Source: a virus (taxonomy: Duplodnaviria; Caudoviricetes). From it: a DNA stretch of 25,696 nucleotides. Of the stretch, positions 25,153 to 25,696 are shown in pieces. How positions within the stretch are numbered: the first letter of the stretch is position 1; each line of letters starts with the position of its first letter. The stretch covers positions 1 through 25,696 of IMG/VR virus record IMGVR_UViG_3300043473_000090. The stretch is one strand, 5' to 3'. The translations under genes were made by a program, and so were the position numbers. The notes under the pieces are model-generated. The model was not told the DNA's origin and searched no databases. It saw only the letters and a program-made list of their open reading frames with translations.

Positions 25153-25392
25153 TCACGACCGCTCGCATTCGTGCCGCTCGAAACGCTGCGTCGTCGGCGA
25201 CCACACATCGAGCGCGCCGAGCAAATGCGCGCCGCCATCGAGAACGATCACCCACCGACCACGATCGCTGCGATCGAGCATGAGCGACCGACCGCCGCGG
25301 GCGCCGGCGAGCGTCACATCGACACCGCACACCGGGCACGCGATCACGATCACGACCGCACCCGCTCGGGACGGCGACCGAGACGCCGGCAC
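25153..25392 (-). CDS. Small Zn-binding hypothetical protein (start uncertain)
   Basis: CPVC...LMLD...GRW...HEC, a layout similar to 6351-6638. Confidence 0.55.
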   Translation of the reverse strand: MPASRSPSRAGAVVIVIACPVCGVDVTLAGARGGRSLMLDRSDRGRWVIVLDGGAHLLGALDVWSPTTQRFERHECERS

Positions 25393-25462
25393 GAGCCCGG
25401 ACGGTCACGCGTGGGGCGAAACTCAACTCGCCCGGCAAACCCGGTCGCCGACCGAAACGGGC

Positions 25463-25613
25463 CTACAACCCAATGGTACCAACGGTTCTGGCCCGATAGC
25501 ACCCTACAACCCAATGATACCAACGTTTTTCGGCCCGAGAATCCTACGAGCCAATGGTACCAACGGTTGTAGAGGGTCGATGCCCTACAACCCAATGGTA
25601 CCAACGGTTGTAG
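25463..25613. repeat. Array of four 29-bp repeats, consensus CTACAACCCAATGGTACCAACGGTTGTAG
   Basis: Copies at 25463-25491, 25504-25532, 25544-25572 and 25585-25613, with periods of 41, 40 and 41 bp. Confidence 0.93.
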
Positions 25614-25688
25614 CGTGCCGGTGCGGCGACGTGCAACGCTTCGGTTGCCGAACTCGAGAATCGAACAAACGTGCGAGGGAGAGAGAGA

Positions 25689-25696
25689 CGCCGCAG
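25689..25696. other. Terminal 8-nt direct repeat CGCCGCAG (right copy), putative cohesive end
   Basis: Identical to 1-8 and preceded by the polypurine run GAGGGAGAGAGAGA. Confidence 0.65.

Larger units (their letters stand above)
1..25696. mobile_element. Complete temperate siphovirus genome (HK97-like head, non-contractile tail), free/virion form
   Basis: Packaging, head, neck, tail, lysis, integration/immunity and replication/recombination modules are all present. attP is intact and internal. Both termini share an 8-mer. No host genes are seen. Confidence 0.93.

Overview
The window looks like a complete, compact (~25.7 kb) temperate siphovirus genome of a high-GC, probably actinobacterial, host. 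It appears to be the free (non-integrated) form: both ends carry the same 8-mer CGCCGCAG (putative cohesive end), and an intact attP (3' half of tRNA-Val(GAC) with integrase arm-type repeats) lies between the repressor and a tyrosine integrase. Nearly all genes are on the minus strand and coupled by ATGA/GTGA overlaps. The late arm runs HNH, TerS, TerL, C5-methyltransferase, a self-promoted two-gene insert, portal, protease, HK97 capsid, neck, tail, amidase endolysin and holin. The early arm runs Xis, RusA, two nucleases, RecT-like SSAP, amino-methyltransferase and an HTH replication protein. The most unusual features are two related but distinct arrays of four 29-bp repeats flanking the putative cos junction, an integrase lacking the first catalytic Arg, a 46-bp dyad overlying a consensus promoter for an HTH cassette inside the packaging module, and synonymous avoidance of several restriction sites. 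All functional calls come from motif recognition and synteny; no searches were run.
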